Shown here in pieces: positions 28,631-37,634 of a stretch of 64,000 bases of DNA. The position numbers and the translations under genes are program-made. Within the stretch, counting starts at the first letter, position 1. Every line of letters begins with the position of its first letter. This DNA is from Candidatus Latescibacterota bacterium (lineage in GTDB: Bacteria > Latescibacterota > UBA2968 > GCA-2709665). The stretch lies in contig OZ244744.1 in assembly GCA_965219455.1 (NCBI GenBank), positions 416,001-480,000 of the forward strand, given 5' to 3'. The notes below the pieces were generated by a model. That model saw only the letters and a list, made by a program, of their open reading frames with translations. It was not told the DNA's origin and made no database searches.

Positions 28631-29107
28631 TCAACCGATCGTGGAAAGACAGCGTTTTACAGCGTCGAAGTCGGGCAGTTCGGTCGCGTCTTCCGAAACT
28701 TCCGCGTACCGGATGATCCCTTGTTTGTCTACAACGAACGCCGCCCGTTTCGCGACACCCTTGAAACCCAAAAGATCCTGATATTGAGCTCCGTAGGCGG
28801 CGCTCACGTCTTTGTTGAAATCGCTCAGCAGTTGAAAGGATATACTGTTCTGGTCCGCCCAGGCCTCCTGGGCGAACGGACTGTCCACACTAATGCCCAG
28901 CACCTGTGCATTCAGGTCATCATATTCCGAAAGACCTCCGCTCACCGAACACATTTCGTCGGTACAGACCGAGGTATACACCAATGGAAAAAACAGCAAC
29001 ACGACGTTCTTATTTCCCTTAAAACCGCTCAACATAACATCCTCCAGGTCGCCGCGTTTGCTCTTTAACGTGAAGTCTGGCGCCTGATCGCCTACATTGA
29101 GCCCCAT
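28631..29107 (-). CDS. Peroxiredoxin (AhpE/BCP-like)
   Basis: APDFTL, FFPLVYTSVCTDEMC, GISVDS, LLSDF, RAAFVVD. Confidence 0.88.
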   Translation of the reverse strand: MGLNVGDQAPDFTLKSKRGDLEDVMLSGFKGNKNVVLLFFPLVYTSVCTDEMCSVSGGLSEYDDLNAQVLGISVDSPFAQEAWADQNSISFQLLSDFNKDVSAAYGAQYQDLLGFKGVAKRAAFVVDKQGIIRYAEVSEDATELPDFDAVKRCLSTIG

Positions 29108-29215
29108 CGGTTGATCCTTTCGTGAAATTTCAATAAAGCGGCCGTATATTCAAACAACAAACGAAAATCGTCTACAATGCTCCGGCGCGCGGTTTCGGCT
29201 GACCGGGCGCCCGGT

Positions 29216-29830
29216 CTAGGAGGTCGCTGCCGCGAACCGGGCCGCCACCGCGTCCCAGTCAATCACGTTTCCCCAGGCCTCAATATAATCGGGGCGCAGG
29301 TTCTGATAATTCAGATAGTACGCGTGCTCCCAGACGTCCAGCCCGAGAATCGGCGTGCCGTCGCCCGTCATTAGCGGGCTGTCCTGATTCGCGGTACTGA
29401 GAATCTCCAGTTTTCCGTCGTTCACGACCACCCACGCCCATCCGCTGCCGAAACGGGTGGTTGCCGCCTGGGCGAACTGGTCTTTTGCCGCATCGAGGCT
29501 GCCAAATGCGTCTTCGATAGCGTCGGCCAGATCTCCGGAAGGTTCTCCACCGCCACCGGGCGACATCACCGTCCAGAACAGACTGTGATTGGCATGCCCG
29601 CCGCCATTGTTCCGAACCGCGGTGCGAATTGCCTCCGGAACACCATCGAGATTACTGATGAGATCTTCAACACTCTGGGCGGCCAGATCGGCGTGCCCTT
29701 CGAGTGCGTTGTTCAGATTCGTAATATAGGCGTTATGGTGCTTGCTATGGTGAATCTCCATTGTTCGGGCGTCGATATGGGGCTCCAGAGCATCATAACT
29801 GTACGGCAGATCCGGAAGTGAATATGCCAT
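29216..29830 (-). CDS. sodA: Superoxide dismutase (Mn-type signature)
   Basis: [27 protein letters not shown]. Confidence 0.93.
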   Translation of the reverse strand: MAYSLPDLPYSYDALEPHIDARTMEIHHSKHHNAYITNLNNALEGHADLAAQSVEDLISNLDGVPEAIRTAVRNNGGGHANHSLFWTVMSPGGGGEPSGDLADAIEDAFGSLDAAKDQFAQAATTRFGSGWAWVVVNDGKLEILSTANQDSPLMTGDGTPILGLDVWEHAYYLNYQNLRPDYIEAWGNVIDWDAVAARFAAATS

Positions 29831-29900
29831 TGAGTACACTCCTTGTTGAATGAGGATGGGCGACAGATCCAGATATTACAATCGATTATGAAGGAAACAA

Positions 29901-29929
29901 AATATAACGAACTCCAGGCTCAACGTCAA
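29901..29929 (-). promoter_or_regulatory. Sigma70-type promoter of sodA
   Basis: TTGACG-N17-TATATT. Confidence 0.6.
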
Positions 29930-29968
29930 GTGATTTCCACCCCGCCTTATTTATAAAAAAACTTATAC

Positions 29969-30874
29969 TTATGGTATTTCGTGCAGCGTTGGTCCTTCGG
30001 TTTCCACGACGATATTGTCGATGAGCCGGGATTGGTCAAACTGCACGGCCACCGCCAGAAGCACCCGGCCTTCAAGCCTGTCAACGGGCTGAAAATTCTC
30101 GGTATCGACCGCCGCGACGTAATCGACCTCCGCGCCCGATCTCTGTCGCACGCGGCGGTTCATGGCGGCAACCACCACGGATGCGCGCTTTTCGCCCGCC
30201 AGCACCAGATCTCTTCCTTCCTGCAGGGCCCTGTAAAGCACAGTGGCGCACTGGCGAAAACAGGGTGTCAGGTAAACGTTTCGAGAGCTCTTGGCCAACC
30301 CGTCAGCATCTCTCACCGTCGGCGCGATCAGGATGTCTACGTCAAGATTCAGATCTCTCACCAGCCGGCGGACAACACCCGCCTGCTGGGCGTCTTTCTG
30401 TCCGAATATGGCCAGGTGCGGCTTGACGGCGGTAAAGAGCTTTAACACGACCGTGGCGACACCCCTGAAATGACCGGGGCGGGATGCTCCGCACAGGTGG
30501 TCCGCCAGCTTCTCCACCTCCATGTACGACGCATGGCCGTCAGGGTACATCTCCTCTGTCGAAGGTGCGTAAATCAAATCGCCGCCCTCTGCCCGGATGA
30601 ATTCGCTGTCTCGTGCGAAATCGCGCGGATACGTCGTGAAATCTTCATCAGGGCCGAACTGGATGGGATTGACGAAGGTACTCACGACCGTCCGGTCGGA
30701 CGACCGCCGCACCTGGCGTATCAGACTCGAATGGCCCTCGTGCAGATAACCCATGGTAGGAACCAGTCCGATCCGAATTCCATCCCTCCGCATCTCGTCT
30801 GCAATGCGGTGCATTTCTCTCACCGTCCGTATGACCCGGACCTTTCCCATCGTCTGGGGGCTGCCTTTCTCCAC
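29969..30874 (-). CDS. panC: Pantoate--beta-alanine ligase
   Basis: VPTMGYLHEGH, FVNPIQF, RPGHFRGV, FGQKDAQQ, GLAKSSRN, RLIDN; start could be 30850. Confidence 0.96.
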   Translation of the reverse strand: MEKGSPQTMGKVRVIRTVREMHRIADEMRRDGIRIGLVPTMGYLHEGHSSLIRQVRRSSDRTVVSTFVNPIQFGPDEDFTTYPRDFARDSEFIRAEGGDLIYAPSTEEMYPDGHASYMEVEKLADHLCGASRPGHFRGVATVVLKLFTAVKPHLAIFGQKDAQQAGVVRRLVRDLNLDVDILIAPTVRDADGLAKSSRNVYLTPCFRQCATVLYRALQEGRDLVLAGEKRASVVVAAMNRRVRQRSGAEVDYVAAVDTENFQPVDRLEGRVLLAVAVQFDQSRLIDNIVVETEGPTLHEIP

Positions 30875-30938
30875 ACAACAACGCAGGGCAAGAGATCCCC
30901 GCCCCGCGTTCTTGTCGCTGTACGACCGGACGTTGTGT

Positions 30939-31823
30939 TTAATCCTCCGCCAGTGCCTTGAACTTCCGTAACTCTTCGTTCCTGATTCGATAACGATGTT
31001 CCTCGGCAGGATACCGCTTCGCCTTCACATCGTTTACGTACGCCGAAAAGGCTTTGCACATGGTACTTCCCAATTCCGCGTACCTTTTGGAATACCGAAA
31101 TGAAAAGTCGTTGAGGCCCAACAGATCCGGCGCCACGAGCACCTGCCCGTCGCACCGGCGGCCCGACCCGATGCCGATCGTGGGAATGCTCAGTGCGCGC
31201 GAAACAACGCCGGCCACCTGCTCGGGAACACATTCCAACACCACGGCGACCGCCCCGGCGACCTCCAGCGCGAGCGCGCCCGCAAGGACCAGCGCGGCCT
31301 CATCCGCCCGGTCTCCGTAGACATGCCGGTTTCCCTTCCAGGTCTGCGGCATATGGCCCACATGGCCAACCACCGGAATGCCCTCGGCCGTAATCGCCGC
31401 GATTCTCCCGGCCACATCCTCGGCGCCCTCGAGCTTTACCATATCGGCCCCCGCGTCCGCCAGCAACCGGGCGTTGTTGACCGCCTGGGAATCTGTCTCA
31501 TAGGACCTGTAAGGCAAATCCGCCAACAGGATTGCCTTCTGGACACCCCGCCTGACCGCGCGGGTATGGTGAAGCATATCCGCCATGGTAACCTGTTGGG
31601 GACTCTCGTATCCCAATATATTGATCCCCACCGAATCGCCGACCAGGATGACATCCAAGTTCGATGCATCCTGCAGGATGGCGGTCGGAAAATCGTAGCA
31701 CGTCAGCATGGAGATCGGTTCGCCTCGCCTTTTCATCTCCACCAGAAAATTGGGAGTGGCACGCAATTGCTCGTCGGACACGCCTTGAACTCCCTTATCG
31801 GTATATCCGTATTCCATATCCAT
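30939..31823 (-). CDS. panB: 3-methyl-2-oxobutanoate hydroxymethyltransferase
   Basis: MLTCYD, LVGDS, ADLPY.SY, VKLEG, LECVP, IGIGSG..CDGQVLV..D.LG. Confidence 0.95.
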   Translation of the reverse strand: MDMEYGYTDKGVQGVSDEQLRATPNFLVEMKRRGEPISMLTCYDFPTAILQDASNLDVILVGDSVGINILGYESPQQVTMADMLHHTRAVRRGVQKAILLADLPYRSYETDSQAVNNARLLADAGADMVKLEGAEDVAGRIAAITAEGIPVVGHVGHMPQTWKGNRHVYGDRADEAALVLAGALALEVAGAVAVVLECVPEQVAGVVSRALSIPTIGIGSGRRCDGQVLVAPDLLGLNDFSFRYSKRYAELGSTMCKAFSAYVNDVKAKRYPAEEHRYRIRNEELRKFKALAED

Positions 31824-31832
31824 ATTCCGTCA

Positions 31833-32474
31833 TCAGGCCTTAATTTGAAACGGACAATAGTAGCGAGTGCCCGCAGGTGGCGCTTTCACCTGCTGCAGCA
31901 ATACCTCCAGGCCCTCCGGATTCCGCACGAAGTCGACCTGTGACACGTTGATGATGAGCAAAGGCGATTCGGTATAGTGAAAGAAAAAATGGGTGTACGC
32001 CTCAACGAGCCGTGCCAGGTACGTTTCAGTCATCAGACGTTCGTACGCCGGCGTCTGCTTTCGAACTCGTCGCAAAAGATCTTCGGTCGAATTGTGGAGA
32101 TATATTACCAGGTCGGGATTCGGCACCTTCTCCCGAAGCGTCTCGGACATACGCTCGTACAACGAAAGTTCGGCGTCGTTCAGGCAGACATGGGCGTATA
32201 TACCGCTTCGGGCGAACAGATAGTTGCTGACCACCGTGGACTCGAAGAGGTCCATCTGGTGCAGATCCTGCTGCTGCCGGTACCGGTGCAGCATGAAGAA
32301 GACCTGCGTCTGAAACCCGTAGTGCTCGGGGTTTTCGTAAAAAAGGGGTAGAAACGGATTCTCTTCCGCCTCTTCAAGAACCAGGCGCGCCTGCATGGAC
32401 CTTCCGAGGAGGCGGGCAAGATCGGTCTTGCCCACACAAGGGGGCCCTTCGATTGCGAGATAGCGTACGGCCAC
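31833..32474 (-). CDS. Deoxynucleoside kinase
   Basis: AIEGPPCVGKT, NPFLPLFY, Q.FF...RY.Q, PDLVIYL; usual folK-dnk-panB context. Confidence 0.85.
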   Translation of the reverse strand: MAVRYLAIEGPPCVGKTDLARLLGRSMQARLVLEEAEENPFLPLFYENPEHYGFQTQVFFMLHRYRQQQDLHQMDLFESTVVSNYLFARSGIYAHVCLNDAELSLYERMSETLREKVPNPDLVIYLHNSTEDLLRRVRKQTPAYERLMTETYLARLVEAYTHFFFHYTESPLLIINVSQVDFVRNPEGLEVLLQQVKAPPAGTRYYCPFQIKA

Positions 32475-32485
32475 AAATTACGCCT

Positions 32486-32998
32486 TTATGTGCAAACCGA
32501 CAGCAGCGAAACCCCTTCCAGCTTCCGCACTTCCTGCGTCGGAACGATCGATTCGGCCAATTCCGAAAAGGTTTTGTTGAACACGGGATGGCGACCTCGC
32601 GGCGCCAACTCGCACAGGGGAACCAGAACAAAGGCCCGCTCGTGTAACCTCGGATGAGGTATTTGCAGACCTCGACGTCGGATAACCGCATTCCCGTAGA
32701 GCAGGATGTCCAGATCCAGGAGCCGCGGACCCCACCTCTGTTCGCGGATTCTTCCGAACCTTCTTTCAACCGCCAACAGACATTCCAGCAGCGCACGCGC
32801 GTCGAGGTCTGTTTCCACGGCAAGCACCGCATTCAGGAACATCGGTTGCTCGGTTACCCCGATCGGCGCAGTCTCGTAGACCGGAGAAGCAGCCTTCACC
32901 TCAAGTCTATCGTGAGTGTCCAGCACGGCCGTGGCCCGGCGCAATACAGCCGCCCGGTCGTCCAGGTTCGCCCCCATACCGATGTAAGCGAGCGCCAT
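32486..32998 (-). CDS. folK: 2-amino-4-hydroxy-6-hydroxymethyldihydropteridine diphosphokinase
   Basis: YIGMGANL, YET.P, FLNAV, RWGPRLLDLDILLY, PHPRLHERAFVLVPL. Confidence 0.95.
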   Translation of the reverse strand: MALAYIGMGANLDDRAAVLRRATAVLDTHDRLEVKAASPVYETAPIGVTEQPMFLNAVLAVETDLDARALLECLLAVERRFGRIREQRWGPRLLDLDILLYGNAVIRRRGLQIPHPRLHERAFVLVPLCELAPRGRHPVFNKTFSELAESIVPTQEVRKLEGVSLLSVCT

Positions 32999-33165
32999 AG
33001 CAGTCCGTTGAAAAAGTCGCTCTGCAGGCGAGGCCGAGTCATTGTGGCCGAAGACAAGGCGCGCGACCGCGTCGAATCGGAGGATTCGGGGAGGGAGTGC
33101 AACGCAGTAATTCGGCCACAAGGGCCGGACGCAGCCCGGATGAACTTTTTCAACGGGCTGATAGG

Positions 33166-33522
33166 TCATCCCCGCTCCACTTCGACCTCTACGCCGTCGA
33201 ATATCGCTTGCATGGGCGGATTGGGTTTGCGAACCCTGACCCGCAGACGCTTCAGATGGAGGCTCGACTGCAGCACCTCGGCGATGCGGTCGGCCAGGGC
33301 CTCCACCAGACCGAAACGCTCACCCGTTACCACCGCGTGCGTCGTTTCATAGACCCGTGAATAGTCGACGGCGTCGGTGGCGCCGTCGTGGGCATAACCC
33401 CGAAAGTCCGAGAAGATCTCCACGTCCACCTCGAACCACTGCCCCAATTTCGCCTCTTCGGGAAACAGCCCATGGTAGGCATAAAACCTCATATTTCTCA
33501 GGCGCAATACGTCGTTTCCCAT
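33166..33522 (-). CDS. folB: Dihydroneopterin aldolase
   Basis: FYAYHGLFPEEAKLGQ.F.VD, VDYS, LVEALA, RKPNPP. Confidence 0.93.
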   Translation of the reverse strand: MGNDVLRLRNMRFYAYHGLFPEEAKLGQWFEVDVEIFSDFRGYAHDGATDAVDYSRVYETTHAVVTGERFGLVEALADRIAEVLQSSLHLKRLRVRVRKPNPPMQAIFDGVEVEVERG

Positions 33523-33540
33523 TGCCTATCTCAGCCGCCC

Positions 33541-33621
33541 CCAGCGGATGCGGGCCACCGTACCCCTCTCGAATTGCCTCGCGTAACGACACCGGCGCCG
33601 TCGGGGCCGCCTTACTCCCGG
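33541..33621 (-). promoter_or_regulatory. Possible THF-riboswitch-like structured leader of folB
   Basis: Lies between the promoter and folB; starts CCGG-GAGTAA and ends CGGT...GCATCCGCTGG, resembling the conserved ends of THF-I; the core is not canonical. Confidence 0.3.
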
Positions 33622-33636
33622 CACTCCATTCATATC

Positions 33637-33665
33637 AATATAAATGAACAAATGTGCAGAGTCAA
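33637..33665 (-). promoter_or_regulatory. Sigma70-type promoter of folB-folK-dnk-panB-panC
   Basis: TTGACT-N17-TATATT. Confidence 0.6.
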
Positions 33666-33759
33666 CAACCCTCTGGATTCCGGCCGGATAAGACCGCCTC
33701 GCGCCGGTGCGCTCGTTTGTGACAGAAAGCCCTTGACATCGCCGATTTCCGCCTTTATT

Positions 33760-34854
33760 CTAGGATGACGGACCGTCTCCGGGTCGAGCTGCCTGTCGTC
33801 GGAAAAACGGCAGTTCGACAACCTCGGCCCGACCTCCGCCATCGACAGACAGGAAACGGCCGAGCTGTTCATACCCCCGGCGGACGGAGGCCAGCGATAC
33901 CACCCGCCCCAGGGCAGGTGAACGCAGGCTGCTTGTAATCCACCCGATCTGTTTTTCGCCGTCACGAAGGGGTGTTTCAGCGGGCGGAACTGTCTCCGTC
34001 TCGAGGCGGAGACCAACCAGATATCGTCTGGGCTTGCCCAAATTGTGCATCTTGGCGATCGTTTCCTGGCCAATAAAACATCCTTTTGCGAAATCGACCG
34101 CGTGATAGAGGCCCGCTTCCAGCGGTACAACCCTCTCGTCCATGTCCACTCCGTAACGTGGAATTCCGGCCTCTATTCGCAACGCCTCCAATGCCCGAAT
34201 ACCCACGGGTCGCGCGCCCGCGGAAATTAACGCATCCCAGAGGTGCGGGGCTTTATCCGCCGTTATCCGGAGGTCATAGCCGGGCTCTCCCGTATAGGAA
34301 CGCGCGGTCACGGACACATCCGCGCCATCCATCGCACGGACGACGGTATGGCAATCCGCAAGATCGGCGGGCACCTCACCCAACACACGCGCGATCAGCG
34401 CCAGGGAGGCCCGTCCGTGTACGCCCAATAACGCCTGTTCCCCGGTAACGTCTTTGATATCGACGTCATCCGCGATCAGGAATTTATCCAGGGACGCCAT
34501 CAATTTTTCCTGCAATCCCGGCTCCGTTTCCAGCAGGAACCCTTCCGCACGGTGATACACCCATACGTCGGTCAGTGTCTGGCCCCGAGGCGTCGTCATT
34601 GTCGCATAATTGCCCCCTCCGGTTTCCAGCCCCTGGACCGTATTGCTCAACATCCCGTGCAAAAAACGTGCACTGTCAGATCCGGTAACCAGCAGGTGGC
34701 CCCTGTCGCTCCGATCGACCAGGCCCACTGCCTCACGAACCGAAGCGTACTCGGATGCGGCATCGCCGTAATGCGCCGCCTCCTCCCTGCCGTCAATCCG
34801 TTCGAATACCGCGCCCGCCGTCAGTTTGGCTGCACGCAGCGCTGAAACAGTCAT
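33760..34854 (-). CDS. ygfZ: YgfZ/GcvT-family folate-binding protein
   Basis: G.D...FL.G..SN, RIEAGIP, KGCFIGQE signature; ATG 34854 with GGGAGG. Confidence 0.85.
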   Translation of the reverse strand: MTVSALRAAKLTAGAVFERIDGREEAAHYGDAASEYASVREAVGLVDRSDRGHLLVTGSDSARFLHGMLSNTVQGLETGGGNYATMTTPRGQTLTDVWVYHRAEGFLLETEPGLQEKLMASLDKFLIADDVDIKDVTGEQALLGVHGRASLALIARVLGEVPADLADCHTVVRAMDGADVSVTARSYTGEPGYDLRITADKAPHLWDALISAGARPVGIRALEALRIEAGIPRYGVDMDERVVPLEAGLYHAVDFAKGCFIGQETIAKMHNLGKPRRYLVGLRLETETVPPAETPLRDGEKQIGWITSSLRSPALGRVVSLASVRRGYEQLGRFLSVDGGGRAEVVELPFFRRQAARPGDGPSS

Positions 34855-34903
34855 TGGCGACCTCCCGATTGAATGCCGAAAAGACACGTTTACGTGCTGA
34901 TGA

Positions 34904-34932
34904 AACTTATTTTGAACCCCCGGCCATGTCAA
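34904..34932 (-). promoter_or_regulatory. Sigma70-type promoter of the ygfZ-like gene
   Basis: TTGACA-N17-TAAGTT. Confidence 0.55.
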
Positions 34933-35001
34933 GCAAAACCAGCGTGGCGACATCGATTCCGCACAGACTCTGAAACGCCGCTTGTCCGCCGCGTATCCGG
35001 C

Positions 35002-35568
35002 ATGAAACGCTTCATTCCAACGGCCCTTCTCGTGCTTGTCGCCTGCGGCCACGGCCTGGGTCCCGGGCCGCCCGACGGAACGGGCATCAAGGGAACGCTC
35101 ATATTCAACGGCGAGTGGCCGCCGGAAACCAACGACGTCGCCGTGGCAGTCTACAGGCGTCGCCCGCAAACCCTGGCCGATTTCTTCAACATTGCGGGCT
35201 GGGACACAACCGTGACCATCGGTGCGGTCCGTTACGAATATTTCGTTCCTCTGGAAGAGCCGGGCACCTATGAATGGATTGTGGTGGCCTGGCGGCCCGA
35301 AGGCGGCTTCTGGAACTTCGACTCCTTGCTCGGCTGTTACCACGTCGGCAACGACACCCTGCCCACACCGGTGCAGGTTAACCTGGGTGAAACCACAAAA
35401 AATGTCGATATCCAGACCTATTTCGACCTCGTGCAGGGCGCCGATCGGCCGGATCGTCACATTTGCACCGGCTTTTTGCCTCCTCTGCCTTCTTTTTCCG
35501 GGCACAACCCTGCAGGCGGAAACCTCCGGTACGATGGTCGGACGAGCAACCGACGAAAAGACAGGTGA
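35002..35568 (+). CDS. Hypothetical lipoprotein upstream of a TonB-dependent receptor
   Basis: MKRFIPTALLVLVA-C lipobox; beta-sandwich-like GIKGTLIFNGEWP, PGTYEWIVVAW. Confidence 0.65.
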   Translation: MKRFIPTALLVLVACGHGLGPGPPDGTGIKGTLIFNGEWPPETNDVAVAVYRRRPQTLADFFNIAGWDTTVTIGAVRYEYFVPLEEPGTYEWIVVAWRPEGGFWNFDSLLGCYHVGNDTLPTPVQVNLGETTKNVDIQTYFDLVQGADRPDRHICTGFLPPLPSFSGHNPAGGNLRYDGRTSNRRKDR

Positions 35569-37615
35569 CCCGTTGCCGGGCGCCAACATCGTATTGCTTG
35601 GCACCGGCATCGGAACGGAAACCGGCGTGGACGGAGAATTCAGACTGACCGGTTTACCGCCGGGCGTCTACACCGTCTCCGTCTCCATGCTGGGTTTCGC
35701 ACCGCATATGGCGAAAGACATTCGCGTTACCGCGAACGATACCCTCCGGCTGTCCGTCCAACTCTCGTCGACGCCGATCAAAATGCCCGCCATCGTGGTT
35801 TCCGCGAGCAAACGCGCACGAAACGTGGTCGACGCGCCAACAAGCGTCTCGCTAATCGGCTCGGAGGAACTCCAGTCCGACAATTCCGTCTCCCTGAATG
35901 AATCCCTGGAATACGTTCCCGGCGTAAATATGGTGGGAGGCCAGGTCAACATAAGGGGGTCCAGCGGTTATTCCAGGGGAACGGGAAGCCGCGTGCTCAT
36001 GCTGATCGACGGCTTTCCGGCACTATCCGCCGACAACGCCGACGTCAAGTGGGACGCCATTCCCATGGACCAGATCGCGCGCGTGGAAATCATCAAAGGC
36101 GCCGGGTCCGCGCTCTACGGCACCGGCGCGCTCGGCGGCATCATCAACGTCATCACGCGGAATCCGTCGCCCGAACCGGAGACCCACTTCCGGTTTCTGG
36201 GCGGGCGATACAGCGAACCCAGCCATCAGGAGTGGCGCTGGTCGTCGAGCGGGCGGTACTTCGAGGGCACGGACATCAGCCATTCCCGGCAGTCCGGTAA
36301 CACGGGTTTCATTCTGGGCGCCGGACAGAAATGGACCAACGGATTCAGAGAAAACGCATGGCACAGGAGATACAAACTCTTCGGCAAACTCAGGCATCGC
36401 TTCAAGGCTGCGGCGACGTTTACCGCAACCTGCAACTGGGCCCTGGACGATCACGGCACCTTCGTCCTGTGGAAAGACAGAAACGAGCCCCTGGAAGTGC
36501 CTGAGAGCGCAAAAAACGACAAAACCGTATCTCAGAAGCTGAATCTGAACGTCGACTTCTATCACCTGCTCAACCCGCAATCGGGCTATCGACTCAAATC
36601 CTTCGTGTATCGCACGGAATTTGACAACGAAATTAGCGGGCGAACCCGGTCGGAAGCCTACAAATTCGGCCAGGAACTCCAGTTGGATCTCCAGCCCGCC
36701 GCAAAGTTGGCGCTAACTGTCGGAACGCAGTGGATCCATGATACCGTGCATTCTTCAGATCACCTCTTCGGCAATCACACCGGGCTCAACCTGGCCGCCT
36801 ACGCCCAGGCCGAAATCGAAGCCGCGGATCGGTTTACGCTGTCCGGGGGCAGCCGCTACGACCGTTACCGCACCGACGACCGCAACGAGGAAAATCGCCT
36901 CAGTCCCAAGCTGGGTTTCTCTTATCGCCCATCCGGGCGTACCACGCTGCGCGCGACCCTGGGATGGGGCTTCAGAGGGCCCTCAATCGCCGAAATCTAC
37001 ACCGACGCCACCTTCTCCGCTATTCCCATTGTTCCCAATACCGGCCTGGTGGCCGAAAGAAGCATCTCCACCGAACTTGCCCTGGATCACCGTCCGACTC
37101 CCTGGTCTCACCTCAATGCCGCGGCATTCTGGAGCCGCTATCAGGATCTCGTCGAGGCCCGGCCGGACGCAACCGGGCGCGTCAGTTTCAGGAACGTGGC
37201 CAGAGGCCGAACCGCCGGCGTCGAAGCGGGCCTGGCCGCCGCGTTGCATCCGTTGCGCTTCGAAGGGAACTATACCTTCATCAGCGCGATTGAGAATCTG
37301 CCGGAGGGCGACCAGCCGCTTCCGTATCGCCCCCGGCACATTGCCACCGCCGGATTGCAGACCACGTTCCGCCGGCTCACATTGGTAGGCCGATTCAAGT
37401 TCAGAAGCCGAATCCTGCGGGCATCCGGACTATTGCCGGAAGGGAACCGCGATCTCATACCGGTTTATCTGCTCGACCTCTCGGCCGCGTACACGCTCGG
37501 GCAGGTCCAGGTGGTGCTGAAGGCTCATAACGCCCTGGCGTACAACTACGCCGTTGTGGAACGCAATCTGGGGTCGCCCCGACGCATCTCTCTCGGCATA
37601 ACGGCCCGGCACTGA
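35402..37615 (+). CDS. TonB-dependent outer-membrane receptor
   Basis: Signal peptide, carboxypeptidase-regulatory-like domain (G...D..TG.PLPGANI), plug (IRGS..RVLMLIDG, RVEIIKGAGSALYG..ALGG.INVIT), barrel (L.AERS, N...YNY); start uncertain. Confidence 0.9.
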   Translation: MSISRPISTSCRAPIGRIVTFAPAFCLLCLLFPGTTLQAETSGTMVGRATDEKTGDPLPGANIVLLGTGIGTETGVDGEFRLTGLPPGVYTVSVSMLGFAPHMAKDIRVTANDTLRLSVQLSSTPIKMPAIVVSASKRARNVVDAPTSVSLIGSEELQSDNSVSLNESLEYVPGVNMVGGQVNIRGSSGYSRGTGSRVLMLIDGFPALSADNADVKWDAIPMDQIARVEIIKGAGSALYGTGALGGIINVITRNPSPEPETHFRFLGGRYSEPSHQEWRWSSSGRYFEGTDISHSRQSGNTGFILGAGQKWTNGFRENAWHRRYKLFGKLRHRFKAAATFTATCNWALDDHGTFVLWKDRNEPLEVPESAKNDKTVSQKLNLNVDFYHLLNPQSGYRLKSFVYRTEFDNEISGRTRSEAYKFGQELQLDLQPAAKLALTVGTQWIHDTVHSSDHLFGNHTGLNLAAYAQAEIEAADRFTLSGGSRYDRYRTDDRNEENRLSPKLGFSYRPSGRTTLRATLGWGFRGPSIAEIYTDATFSAIPIVPNTGLVAERSISTELALDHRPTPWSHLNAAAFWSRYQDLVEARPDATGRVSFRNVARGRTAGVEAGLAAALHPLRFEGNYTFISAIENLPEGDQPLPYRPRHIATAGLQTTFRRLTLVGRFKFRSRILRASGLLPEGNRDLIPVYLLDLSAAYTLGQVQVVLKAHNALAYNYAVVERNLGSPRRISLGITARH

Positions 37616-37634
37616 ACCCAACAAGGAGATTTCC

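Noticed and set aside
28267-29107. Selenocysteine forms of the HesB protein and peroxiredoxin
   Set aside because: Both have ordinary Cys codons and uninterrupted ORFs.
29870-29895. Fur/PerR-like box upstream of sodA (CATAATCGATTGTAAT)
   Set aside because: AT-rich and only an imperfect match with wrong spacing; cannot be supported.
34855-35610. N-terminal extension of the 616-aa ygfZ ORF
   Set aside because: Antisense to the lipoprotein and receptor; a real RBS/ATG and promoter lie at 34854-34932.
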